The notes beneath the pieces are model-generated. The model worked only from the letters and a program-made list of their open reading frames with translations, searched no databases and was not told the origin of the DNA. The position numbers were made by a program, and so were the translations under genes. From Terriglobales bacterium (GTDB lineage Bacteria; Acidobacteriota; Terriglobia; Terriglobales; Acidobacteriaceae), in the NCBI GenBank assembly GCA_025934735.1, contig JAICWP010000009.1, positions 71,640 to 135,639 of the forward strand: 64,000 bases of DNA, in the 5' to 3' direction. Below are positions 11,200 to 20,100 of the stretch, in pieces. The first letter of the stretch is position 1; each line of letters begins with the position of its first letter.

Positions 11200-11568
11200 A
11201 TGACCCCAAAAATGGCCCAACTGCTGGACGCGGCGCAGGAACTGCAGATCACGGTGACGGGAAGAAGATCGGGGCAGAATATTTCCCTGCCGGTGTGGTT
11301 TGTGCGCCAGCACGACCGGCTTTACCTGCTGCCTGTGCGCGGCTCCGACACGCAATGGTATCGCAACGTGCTGCAGACGCCGGTGCTGACCATCGCTGCC
11401 AAGGGCACGACGGCGGGAGTGAAGGCCAAGCCAATCAATGATGCGAAGCGGGTCAGCGAAATTGCGGAGCAGTTCCGCAAGAAGTACGGCGCCGGCAATG
11501 TAAAGAAGTACTACTCCAAGCTTGACGCCGCGCTGGAAATAGAGCTTCCCGCCGAAGCCGCGGCCTGA
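11200..11568 (+). CDS. Small split-beta-barrel protein, DUF385 / deazaflavin-dependent nitroreductase-like
   Basis: 122 aa. The pattern TGRRSGQNISLPVWFVRQHDRLYLLPVRGSDTQWYRNVLQTPVLTI resembles the DUF385/PNPOx-like fold family. Confidence 0.45.
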   Translation: MTPKMAQLLDAAQELQITVTGRRSGQNISLPVWFVRQHDRLYLLPVRGSDTQWYRNVLQTPVLTIAAKGTTAGVKAKPINDAKRVSEIAEQFRKKYGAGNVKKYYSKLDAALEIELPAEAAA

Positions 11569-11619
11569 AGCGAGATTTGTTCCCAGCCAGCCTTTTGCCA
11601 ACGCAAAGTCGAAGAGAGC

Positions 11620-11898
11620 CTAGGAGCGGCGGATGAGCCGCCGGATTCCAAAGAACAGGCACCAAACGGCAAGGCTCCAGCAGAGCCAACACAGGAGGAT
11701 TGCCAGAAAGAAACCAAGTGCTCCCTCGCCCTCGTGAATATCCACGGAGAGAAAGCGGGTGATGATCAAGCCCGGCCCATCCACCATCCAGTTTAGAACG
11801 TCAAACTTGAAGGCGGCGGCCACGAGAGCCGCGCCGGCGGCTCCGCTGCAAAATGCGAGGAGAATCTTCTTCTGCCAGAATGTTGCCGGAGGCGGCAT
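11620..11898 (-). CDS. Hypothetical small membrane protein
   Basis: 92 aa with 2-3 hydrophobic segments. No family recognised. Confidence 0.35.
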   Translation of the reverse strand: MPPPATFWQKKILLAFCSGAAGAALVAAAFKFDVLNWMVDGPGLIITRFLSVDIHEGEGALGFFLAILLCWLCWSLAVWCLFFGIRRLIRRS

Positions 11899-11928
11899 CT
11901 CTGATTAGACCGCGAAGCCACCGCCCGG

Positions 11929-12417
11929 TCAGCTTTTTTTCTCTTCCTCGCTGTGGAGCTGTTGGGAAAGATAGTTCTGCAGACCCATTTCATCAATGGC
12001 GTGGAGCTGGCCTTCCAGCCAGTCAATGTGGTGTTCTTCGTCGGAAAGGATCTTGTTGAGCAGCTCGCGGGTGCCGTTGTCGCCGGCGGCCATGCAGAGC
12101 TTGATGCCCTCATTCAGTCGCTTGACCGCGTCATATTCCACCTGCAAGTCGTTTTGCAGCTGCTGCTTGACGTTTTCGCCGATGTTTATTTTGAAGTAAT
12201 CGCTCATGTTCGGGGTGCCGTCGAGCAGCAGGATGCGTTCAATGAGCACCTCGGCGTGGCCCATCTCCTCAATAGATTCAGCCTTGGTCAGCCCCGCCAG
12301 CCTGGAGTAACCCCAGTTCTCACACATTTCGGAGTGCAGGAAATACTGGTTGATGGCGGTGAGCTCCGCCTTGAGCACCTGTTGCAGCACCGCAATAATT
12401 TTGGGATCGCCTTTCAC
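11929..12417 (-). CDS. bfr: Bacterioferritin
   Basis: MKGDPKIIAVLQQVLKAELTAINQYFLHSEMCENWGY...EEMGHAEVLIERILLLDG...DEEHHIDWLE, which includes the di-iron and haem-Met ligand pattern of Bfr. Confidence 0.9.
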   Translation of the reverse strand: MKGDPKIIAVLQQVLKAELTAINQYFLHSEMCENWGYSRLAGLTKAESIEEMGHAEVLIERILLLDGTPNMSDYFKINIGENVKQQLQNDLQVEYDAVKRLNEGIKLCMAAGDNGTRELLNKILSDEEHHIDWLEGQLHAIDEMGLQNYLSQQLHSEEEKKS

Positions 12418-12509
12418 GAGCGCCTCCTTGCAGGGGTCAAATATATCATCTAGAGGACACCTGTTAGCAGGACGCGGCTGGTAGTTGTTAGCTTGTAGGC
12501 GGGAGCGAA

Positions 12510-13331
12510 TTACGCCTTTACAGGCGCGAGGGGGTCTGCGGCTTCGATTTCAGCTTGCTTCTCCTGGCCAGCTGGAGCAGCGGGAGCAGTCGCCGGGATA
12601 GGCAGGGGCGGCACCGCGTCGGTGTTATCGAGCAGCCGATGATGCAGGCAGTAGAGCGCCAGCTCGAGGCGATCGGAAACTCCCAGCTTGTCGTAAACCT
12701 TGCGCAGATAGTTCTTCACGACCTGCTCAGTGGTGTTGACGCGTACCGCGATTTCCTTGTTCTTCATGCCCTGGGCCACGCAGGCCACAATCATCATTTC
12801 CTTTTGCGTGAGGTGCACCTTGGCGGCGGGGGCGATAGGGCGGGTAGCCTGGGTACGGTACGCGTGCAGCACCCAATTGACCGCCTGCTCATCCAGCCAA
12901 ATATCGCCTTTAGCCACCTTGTGAATGCAGGCCACCAGGGTCTCTGGCGGAATGGAGCGGTCCACAATGCCATAGGCGCCGCGGCGCAAGTATTCCAGAA
13001 CCTCTTCCTGGCTGGTGCCGGCGGTGAGCACCACCAGCTTGGAACTGGGGGCACGGCGCATCAGTTCGGAGATGGCTTCGGCGGGCTCAGCGGCGAGCGT
13101 GGTTTCGAACAGAATCACGTCGGCACTGAACTTGGCCAGGGCCGCGATGGCCTGGCCGTAACTTTCGGCTTGGCCGACCACGCGAATGTCGTCTTCCAGG
13201 GCAAAGATCTTGCGCAGCCCGACGCGGAAAATGGTTTGGCTGTCGGCCACGATCACGCGCGTGAACGCCTTGCCCTGGCTGTCCTGCGCGTTCTCGCTAC
13301 CGTCCTCAAGTTGGACCGAGCTGCTGGCCAT
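12510..13331 (-). CDS. LuxR/NarL-family response regulator with atypical (pseudo-)receiver domain
   Basis: C-terminal GerE HTH (LTQKEMMIVACVAQGMKNKEIAVRVNTTEQVVKNYLRKVYDKLGVSDRLELALY). The receiver aligns to NarL but reads VIVADSQ (DD becomes AD), DVILFETT (phospho-acceptor D becomes E) and GIVDRS (conserved K becomes R). Confidence 0.85.
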   Translation of the reverse strand: MASSSVQLEDGSENAQDSQGKAFTRVIVADSQTIFRVGLRKIFALEDDIRVVGQAESYGQAIAALAKFSADVILFETTLAAEPAEAISELMRRAPSSKLVVLTAGTSQEEVLEYLRRGAYGIVDRSIPPETLVACIHKVAKGDIWLDEQAVNWVLHAYRTQATRPIAPAAKVHLTQKEMMIVACVAQGMKNKEIAVRVNTTEQVVKNYLRKVYDKLGVSDRLELALYCLHHRLLDNTDAVPPLPIPATAPAAPAGQEKQAEIEAADPLAPVKA

Positions 13332-13336
13332 AATTC

Positions 13337-13654
13337 TTATTGCTTCCTCGTGGGCGAGGTTCCCACACGTTCCAAACCGTACTCGTCAATGACCACGCCT
13401 ACCCAGTAGGCTTGGTTTTCCTGAAAGCAGCGCACGGCGCGACCGCGGCAATTGACCATTACGCCGGCGGTGGTGCCCAGCACGGTGGCGGGCATGCAGA
13501 TGCTGAATTCCACGGCGGAGCCTATGGGAATCTCCGTATCAGTTTGAAAGAGGACGCCGTTGGCGGAGATGTTACGAGTCTGCCCGGGATGGTCGCCGCT
13601 GGGGCTGTGAAATTCCACCGGCAACTGCAGAGGGAAACGGGCCGCGCTCTGCAT
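13337..13654 (-). CDS. Stand-alone PilZ-domain protein (N-terminal RxxxR motif degenerate)
   Basis: Start set at ATG 13654 (MQSAARFPLQLPVEF...). N-I-S-A-N-G fits the D/NxSxxG motif. Paralogous to 37648..37980 (shared RFPLQLP, GS.VEF.I, GR.VR, VID.Y). The stop lies 5 nt before the start of the regulator gene. Confidence 0.7.
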   Translation of the reverse strand: MQSAARFPLQLPVEFHSPSGDHPGQTRNISANGVLFQTDTEIPIGSAVEFSICMPATVLGTTAGVMVNCRGRAVRCFQENQAYWVGVVIDEYGLERVGTSPTRKQ

Positions 13655-13877
13655 ATCGTGGTAGCGAGCCGAGTGTTGCGGCGCTTCCGCTACCGCCAAA
13701 TGTGGCCTGATGTCTTTGGACACGCTGTTTCTCCACGATGGAGGCAGCCGGGGGTAGCGCGCTCCAGCCCACACGTTGGATACGTAGGGGAGCTTACAAC
13801 GGCGTTGGGAGCGGGAAAAGTTACGAAAGTTATGGCCTGTTCGGGTAGGGTTGTGAGCGCGGGGGTTCACCCCCGCC

Positions 13878-13950
13878 TTGCACGGGGCAGAGCCCCGTGT
13901 CCACACGCTCACACTTGCACGGGGCAGAGCTCCGTGTCCACACGCTCACA
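13878..13950. repeat. Tandem duplication (period 37 nt) of a 36-nt hairpin-containing unit
   Basis: TTGCACGGGGCAGAGCCCCGTGTCCACACGCTCACA (13878-13913) is repeated at 13915-13950 with one mismatch. Each unit holds the hairpin CACGGGGC-AGA-GCCCCGTG. Confidence 0.9.
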
Positions 13951-13978
13951 GCGGCCGCGAGCTCGGTACTTAGATGAA

Positions 13979-15292
13979 CTATTTGTACAAGTCAGCGGCG
14001 GTGTCGTGCAGGTAGGCGTGCGCCATTTGCAGGGCACGATCTTCGCTGATCTCGTGTTCTGAAACCATCTCCGCCAGCGCTCCGGCCAGCGATTCTCTTA
14101 CCGTCTGGACGCCCAGCCAGTAGCTCTCTTCCGCCCCCATCACGTCGTTATAAGGGAAGCAATCGGAGCCGTAGGTGATCTTATCGGGGAACAGTTCCAG
14201 CCACTCTTTGAGCGAGCGCTTGAACTGGGCGGGATACATGTCTACTTCCATCAGGGATGAATCAAGGTAAACGTTCTTCATCGCGGCCAGCCAGATGGCG
14301 ACGCGCTCCAGCGGATATCCACCGTGGATCATCACCCAGGTCACGTTGCTGTAGCGGGGATCGCGCAGCACGTTTTCCAGGTTCATGATGTTGCCGTGAG
14401 TGATGTCGAAGTAGTCGCCAATGCCCACGGCAGTGTGGATGTGCACGGGCAGATGGAGGCGGCCGCCTTCGCTTACCAGGTAACGGAAAATGTAGTCCTG
14501 GAAGGTGGTGTATTCCTGTATCGTGGGCACGCCGCCGGCGTGGTACTTGCGATAGAGTGCCTCGGCCTGAGCTTTGGATGGATCGCCGAAATGCAGCGAG
14601 CGGAAGTAGGCCGCCTCAAACTTCATGGCGATGCCGCCTTTGCGCTGGTTATCTTGCAAGGTGCGCGAGATAAACCTCAGGTACTCATCGAAGCTCGAGG
14701 GCAGGGCACTGACGTTTTCCTGCTGCATCCAGCGGTGCAGCATCTTTTCCTGCAGCGGGATGTAAACCTGCTCGTCAGAATTGCGCGCGGTCATTTCGCG
14801 ATTGTTGAACGGCCACATGAAAGAATCGGCGAAGAAGACCCACTTGAAGCGGTGGGGATCGAGGTAATCCATCATGGCGCGGTTGGCAATGGAAGTTTCA
14901 ATGCCCAGCTTATCGAGAATGCTGTCCCAATAGCCGGCATCGCCGAGTTGCTTGCGCAACTCCGCTTTTTTGGCCACCAGCCATTTGGCATGCTCCGGGC
15001 TCATGTCATCGTAGGGATAGCCCCAGAGCGCCTTCATAGCGGCAATCATCTCGGGATTGTCGAGGCGCTCGCGCAATGGCGAGCTGTAGTTGGGAGGCGC
15101 CGCCATGGCGTCCACATCAGGGTCGTCGGCGAAGCCTGGGTGGGCGTGATGGTCAAAGAGGGGAATCTTCTGAATTTCGCCCAGCAGGCGCTGATAGGTA
15201 GCTTGCAGATCCGGGCTGGGATAAGGCTGAGCCTGGGCCAGGGCGAGAGTGGGGAGCAGGAGAATCAGAGCCAATGTGCGAAGCATAATCAT
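13979..15292 (-). CDS. Secreted amidohydrolase-family (metal-dependent hydrolase) protein
   Basis: Start set at ATG 15292 (MIMLRTLALILLLPTLALAQA, a signal peptide). Contains HHAHPG and later HTAVG / MIHGGYP metal-ligand-like blocks. Confidence 0.75.
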   Translation of the reverse strand: MIMLRTLALILLLPTLALAQAQPYPSPDLQATYQRLLGEIQKIPLFDHHAHPGFADDPDVDAMAAPPNYSSPLRERLDNPEMIAAMKALWGYPYDDMSPEHAKWLVAKKAELRKQLGDAGYWDSILDKLGIETSIANRAMMDYLDPHRFKWVFFADSFMWPFNNREMTARNSDEQVYIPLQEKMLHRWMQQENVSALPSSFDEYLRFISRTLQDNQRKGGIAMKFEAAYFRSLHFGDPSKAQAEALYRKYHAGGVPTIQEYTTFQDYIFRYLVSEGGRLHLPVHIHTAVGIGDYFDITHGNIMNLENVLRDPRYSNVTWVMIHGGYPLERVAIWLAAMKNVYLDSSLMEVDMYPAQFKRSLKEWLELFPDKITYGSDCFPYNDVMGAEESYWLGVQTVRESLAGALAEMVSEHEISEDRALQMAHAYLHDTAADLYK

Positions 15293-15314
15293 TTGGCGAT
15301 TGATGATTCCTTTG

Positions 15315-15381
15315 CCACAGAGGCACGGATACACGGAGGAATCGTTTCCATAATCTTCTCAGTGGCTCTGTGTTTCTGTGG
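15315..15381. repeat. Imperfect inverted repeat of the CACAGAG/CACGGAG REP-like family
   Basis: CCACAGAGGCACGGATACACGGAGG (15315-15339) faces CAGTGGCTCTGTGTTTCTGTGG (15360-15381). It lies between the aminotransferase stop and the amidohydrolase start. Confidence 0.6.
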
Positions 15382-15393
15382 CGAATCCCTTAG

Positions 15394-16581
15394 CTAGCGG
15401 CGCGCAATAGCTGCCGACCAGGCCGCGGAAACCTTTTGGATGCGCTCGGTCGCCTCTTTCAGAGTCGCGTTGGAAGAGGCAAAGCTGAAGCGCACAAAGT
15501 CACGTCCAGCATCGCCAAAAGCGGCGCCAGAAATGGCGGCCACGCCCGCTTCTTCCAGCATGATGCGGCACAGTTCCTCGGCCGTTACGCCTGTGTCGGC
15601 AATATTCACCCAGGCATAAAATGCGCCCTCCGGCGGCAAGCAGCGGAAACCGGGAATGCGGTTCAGGTCGGCGATGAATTGCTGGTGGCGGCGCTCAAAT
15701 TCGCGCACCATGCGCGGGGTGGCGCCCTGGGCGTCGCGCAGGGCCTCAATGGCCGCCCACTGCGTAAATTCGGCCACACAGGTGTAGCTGTTCACGGCTA
15801 GCAGGTCGAGGGCGGTCACAAAGCGCTCAGGTGCCACCGTGTATCCCAGGCGCCAGCCGGTCATGGCAAAGCTCTTGGAGAAGCCGTCAATGATGAAGGT
15901 GCGCTCCGCCATGCCGGGGTAGCTGAGCATGGATTGGTAGGCGCCTCCAAAAATGATGCGGGCGTAAATTTCGTCCGAGAGCACGAGCAGGTCGTGCTTG
16001 ACCGCCAGTTCAGCCAGGGCGCGCTGGACTTCGTCCGTATAAACGGTCCCGGTGGGATTGTTCGGCGAACAGGTGATCAGAACCTTCGTGCGCGAGGTAA
16101 TCTTGCGCGCCACTTCTTCAGGATCGGGCTGGAGGCGATTGCGCTCGGCCAACTCATAAGGGACCGCCACGCCGCCGAAGCCGCGCGTAATGGAGGGATA
16201 TCCGGGAAAGCCAGGATCGGGATAGAGCACCTCGTCGCCGGGCTCAAGCAGCGCCATCAGCGCAAGAAACAGGGCAATCTTGCAGCCAGGAGCGAGGACG
16301 ATGTTCCCGGGTGGAACGCGCAGGTTGCGGGTGCGCGCCATGTAGGCGGCGATTTCCTGGCGCAACTCGGGCACACCCTGCACCGGGCAGTAACGGTCCT
16401 TGCCGGCATCGAGCGCATCTTTGGCCGCTTGCAGCACCTCGGCAGCAGGGTGGAAATCCGGCTCGCCCAGTTCCAGGTGAATGATAGAGCGTCCTTCGGC
16501 CTCCAGTTCCTTGGCGCGGGCGTAAACCGAGAGCGCGCCTTCGCCGCTCATCACCGCCAGCCGGGAAGCGAGTTGCCGCAC
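15394..16581 (-). CDS. Pyridoxal-phosphate-dependent aminotransferase (class I, aspartate aminotransferase-like)
   Basis: 395 aa. Blocks LGEPDF, SPNNPTG, and FSKSFAMTGWRLGY with the PLP-lysine motif. GTG start lies 2 nt after the upstream stop. Confidence 0.9.
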   Translation of the reverse strand: MRQLASRLAVMSGEGALSVYARAKELEAEGRSIIHLELGEPDFHPAAEVLQAAKDALDAGKDRYCPVQGVPELRQEIAAYMARTRNLRVPPGNIVLAPGCKIALFLALMALLEPGDEVLYPDPGFPGYPSITRGFGGVAVPYELAERNRLQPDPEEVARKITSRTKVLITCSPNNPTGTVYTDEVQRALAELAVKHDLLVLSDEIYARIIFGGAYQSMLSYPGMAERTFIIDGFSKSFAMTGWRLGYTVAPERFVTALDLLAVNSYTCVAEFTQWAAIEALRDAQGATPRMVREFERRHQQFIADLNRIPGFRCLPPEGAFYAWVNIADTGVTAEELCRIMLEEAGVAAISGAAFGDAGRDFVRFSFASSNATLKEATERIQKVSAAWSAAIARR

Positions 16582-16583
16582 GG

Positions 16584-17150
16584 TTATGCCTTCCTCGCGA
16601 CTGCCGCCGGTACCGGGGTGGTAGGAATGCGCAACGCATCCACGAAACGGGGAAAGAATACGAAGGCCGCGGCCGTGGCCGTTAATTCGATGATTTCCGG
16701 GTCGCTGAAACTGCGCTTCAGCTCCGCGTAGAACTCGTCGTCGAGTTCATAAGGCGAGCGGTAAAGCCGGTCAGCCGCGCGAAATCCCAGCTTTTCCTTT
16801 TCGTTATACGGACCTTTCTCGAAGTCCTGCAAGCCGGCCACTTGCGCCTCGCTGGCGCCCTTCTGCTTCGCCGAAGCAGTGTGGGCCGAGGTTCAATAAT
16901 CGCAATTCTGCAGAATGGCGACCCGGGTGGCAACCAACTCCTTGTAGCTGCCGGAGAGGGCGCCATCACCGAGCAGCGGCTTGAGAAACCCCGCAATCCC
17001 CATGGCCAGGGCGGGCGTGTGAGCAACCGTCTTGAACATATTGGGCACCGCGCCCCTCTGTTCCAGAAGGAGATCATAAAGCTTGCCGATATCCTCCGGA
17101 ACCTGGTTGCGCTCCAGCAGGGGAATACGCGGATGATCGTGGCCCTTCAT
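16584..17150 (-). CDS. AhpD-like / carboxymuconolactone decarboxylase-family protein with in-frame TGA (candidate selenocysteine, CxxU)
   Basis: Track ORFs 16893..17441 (from ATG 17150: MKGHDHPRIPLL...VATRVAILQNCDY) and 16584..16841 are in the same frame, separated only by TGA at 16893-16895. The read-through gives ...AILQNCDY-U-TSAHTASAKQKGASEAQVAGLQDFEKGPY..., which is the family CxxCxxxH motif with TGA at the second Cys. Confidence 0.7.
16858..16895 (-). promoter_or_regulatory. Candidate bacterial SECIS hairpin immediately 3' of the in-frame UGA
   Basis: mRNA reads UGA ACCUCGG CCC ACA CUGCUU CGGCG AAGCAG AA GGG. There is a 6-bp upper stem (plus-strand 16863-16868 / 16874-16879), a 5-nt apical loop with GG, and a 3-bp lower stem (16858-16860 / 16883-16885). 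The loop begins about 22 nt after the U of UGA. Confidence 0.5.
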
Positions 17151-20100
17151 CAGAATGCGTACCTCAACGAGAACTGTATCAGACGCGGTGTGCCGGTGGT
17201 ATTGGTGATCTGGCCGAAGTTGGCGGGGCTCTCCACGTCGGTGAAGGCCGGGCTGGCAAAGTTGGGATGATTGAAAAGGTTGAAGAAGTCGGCAGTGAAG
17301 CGCAGAGACTGCCGCTCGGTGAGGTGGAACATCTTGATGGCCGAGAAGTCGAAATTCTGCTGAAAGGGCCCGCGATAAATGTTGCGGCCGAGGTTGCCGA
17401 AATCGGTGCCGCAGAAGTTGGGGTTGTTCACGGGATCGCACTGCGCTGGATACAGCAGAGGCGCGGTGGTGAAGGCGGCGGGATTGAGGTAGCCGTTAAT
17501 GCGGTTAAAGATGTCACCGCTGCTCAAACCCGAGGACAAGGCGGCGCCGGGAGCCAGGCTGGCGCCCAGCAGCGGGGTGCTGCCCGCGCCCAAGAAGCCG
17601 GTGCCGGCGGCCGAATCAATGATGGAGAAGGGCGTGCCCGACTGGAACACAGTCACGCCGCTCACTTCCCAGCCCTTGAGCAGAGCGCCCTTGGCGCCGG
17701 TGGCGTTCTGGAAGACAGGCAGATCGTACACATAGCTGATGGCCAGGCGGTGAGGACGGTCAAAGTCGGAGAGGCCGCGCGAGGCGTTGATGTTGCTCTG
17801 GTCGTTGTAGGCGGTGTTGAACGCGGTGTTTCCGGTGGAGGTAGCGTCGGTGGAGCGGGAGAAGGTGTAAGCGGCCAGCAGGTAGCCGCGTCCCCAACGC
17901 CGGGTCAGATTGACCTGCAGAGCGTTGTAGTGGGAGTAGGCGTCATTAGCGAAGATCTGGTAACCGGAGTAGCCATTCAACCCGGGAGTGGGGGTGCGGG
18001 CAATGGCATTGTCGAGGGTGTTGGTTGTGATGGCGTGGGTTACGCCGCCGGTGTCGGTCACGAAGAATGGACTGCTGGGGCTTACCCGGACGGACTGAAT
18101 GCCATCGCGCGTTTCACGGAGGTGAATGGAGTGCGTGCCCACGTAGCCGACTTCCAGCACGAAGTTGTGGCCCAAGTCGCGCTGCAACGTCAGGTTCCAC
18201 TGCTGAGTGCTGGGCACAACAAAGCGCCGCGGGACTTCGAGGCCGAAGATGCCGACGGAGGGAACGCCGTTGCAGGAGGCATAGTCGGCGGCATGATCCG
18301 TGCCATTTGGAAATCCGGAGATCTTGGACAAGCAGGGAATGTAAGCCGGGCTCAGTTCGCCTGCCGGGGGGAGAGCGTTTGGGTTAGTCGCCAGCGTGCC
18401 AGAGAAGAAATTGGCCAGAGCGCCGGGAGCGGGCGCGCCGCCAAAGGCGATGGGTAACAGGGGCGCCTGGAAACTGAGCTGGTCAATGTTGCCCACGTCC
18501 TCCCGCACGTAGTAGATGCCGTAGCCGCCGCGCAGCACGGTCTTGTGCCGGCCCATGATGTCCCAGGCGAATCCGATGCGCGGGCCCAGCCCGGTAGAAA
18601 TCTGGTTGTTAAAGGTGGATGCCGAAGCGTTTCCGGAGAAGCCGGGCACATTGAGCTTGTTGACGCACCTGGGATACACGAACGGGTATTGGCCGCTCTG
18701 TGTTAGCGAGGATTGCAGGTTGCCGATATGGCAATCCCCGTCGGTGAAAGCGCCCATCAGTTCGGTGCGGAGGCCGAGGTTGAGGGTCAGGTCAGGACGC
18801 GCCTTCCAGTCGTCCTGGGCAAAGAAGCCGAAGTTGTTCTGGCGGTAGGCGTGGTTGAAAACGCCGCCGCCGCCGAAGCTGAAGTTGGGCTCGCCCAGCA
18901 GGAACTCCTGGAAGTCAGTCAGCCCGCCGTTGTTGACGAAAAACAACTGGCCATTAAACGTCTGCGGAAACTGCTTGTCCAGGTTGACGCGCGTCGCCTC
19001 GCCACCGAAGCGCCAGTTGTGGTTGCCATGGGTCCAGCTCAGAGTTTCTACGAAATTGTAGTTGTTCTGGTCCTGGAATTGGTCAGCCTGGGGGGTGGGA
19101 CCAAACTGGAAGCCGGAACTCAGCAGCGTGAACTTGTAAATGCTCTTGGTCAGGTTGTTAGTGGGGCGGTTGATGCCCACGTCGCTGACCGTGACCGGCG
19201 GCACGTTGATGGCGCTGTTGTTAATGTGTACCCAGCCAAAACGCAAGTCATTGACCATGGTGGGAGAGAAGAGATGGGTCTCGGCCACGGACATAAGGCG
19301 GTCGTCCACCGGAAGGTCGAAGGGGAAATTGAGGTCGGAGCCGCTGATGCTGCCGCCCAGGGAAGCCTGCAGGCCGCCCGCGCCGAAGGGCACCAGTTGC
19401 TCGGAGTTGGAGAAGAAGAAGCGGTAGGCGACCTTGTCCTTGCCGCCGCGGAACTCGCGGTCCCAGTTGGTGGTGAACTGGTCGTCGGTGAAGCGTCCGG
19501 GTTTGCTGAAGGCAAACGGACCGGTGTTCAGGTTGCCGGCGCTGTCCAACCCGGCTTGACCCGGCACACTGGGGAAAAGGAAGCCGCCGGGCGTATTGCC
19601 GAACTGATTACTTTTGAAATTGAGCACTTTGAGGGCGACAGGGTCAATCTGCACGCCGGTCTGGCCGGGGAAAAAGGTGTTGAGCAGCGACTGTGCGGAG
19701 CGGTCGGCGGGCATAACCGGCAGCAGAGTGCTGATGAACGTGCCGCCAGAAAGGCCACTGCGCTGGCGCGTGCCCTGATAATTAACGAAGAAGAAGCCAA
19801 ATTTGCCGTCTTTGCCGATGGGCCCGCCAAGGCTGCCGCCGAAGATGTTTTGCTTGATCACCGGGCGAGGCTGTCCGCTGCGCTTGAGGAAGAACTCGTT
19901 GGCATTGAGCACGTCATTGCGGAAAAACTCATAAACATCGCCGTGAAACTCGCGGGTGCCCGATTTCAGGATGGCATTAACGTTGCCGCCGCCATTGCGG
20001 CCCTGGCTGGCGTCGTAAAGCGAAGTCTGCACCTTGAATTCCTGCACCACGTCCGGGTTGGGCAAGGGCGTGTTGGTGAGTTCCGCCACGTTGTAGTCAG

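Noticed and set aside
12418-12509. Fur box upstream of bfr
   Set aside because: The only AT-rich stretch (TCAAATATATCATCTAGA) does not match the 19-bp GATAATGATAATCATTATC consensus well enough to call.
13878-13950. Possible CRISPR array
   Set aside because: There are only two directly abutting copies with no spacers, and no cas genes in the window. It is a tandem duplication of a REP-like hairpin.
16584-16841. Treating 16584..16841 (GTG start) and 16893..17150 as two independent small genes, or as a simple pseudogene
   Set aside because: Neither half is a complete CMD/AhpD fold on its own. Both are in one frame with a single TGA that falls exactly on the redox Cys position and is followed by a hairpin. 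The pseudogene option is not fully excluded and is listed under would_refute for the main finding.
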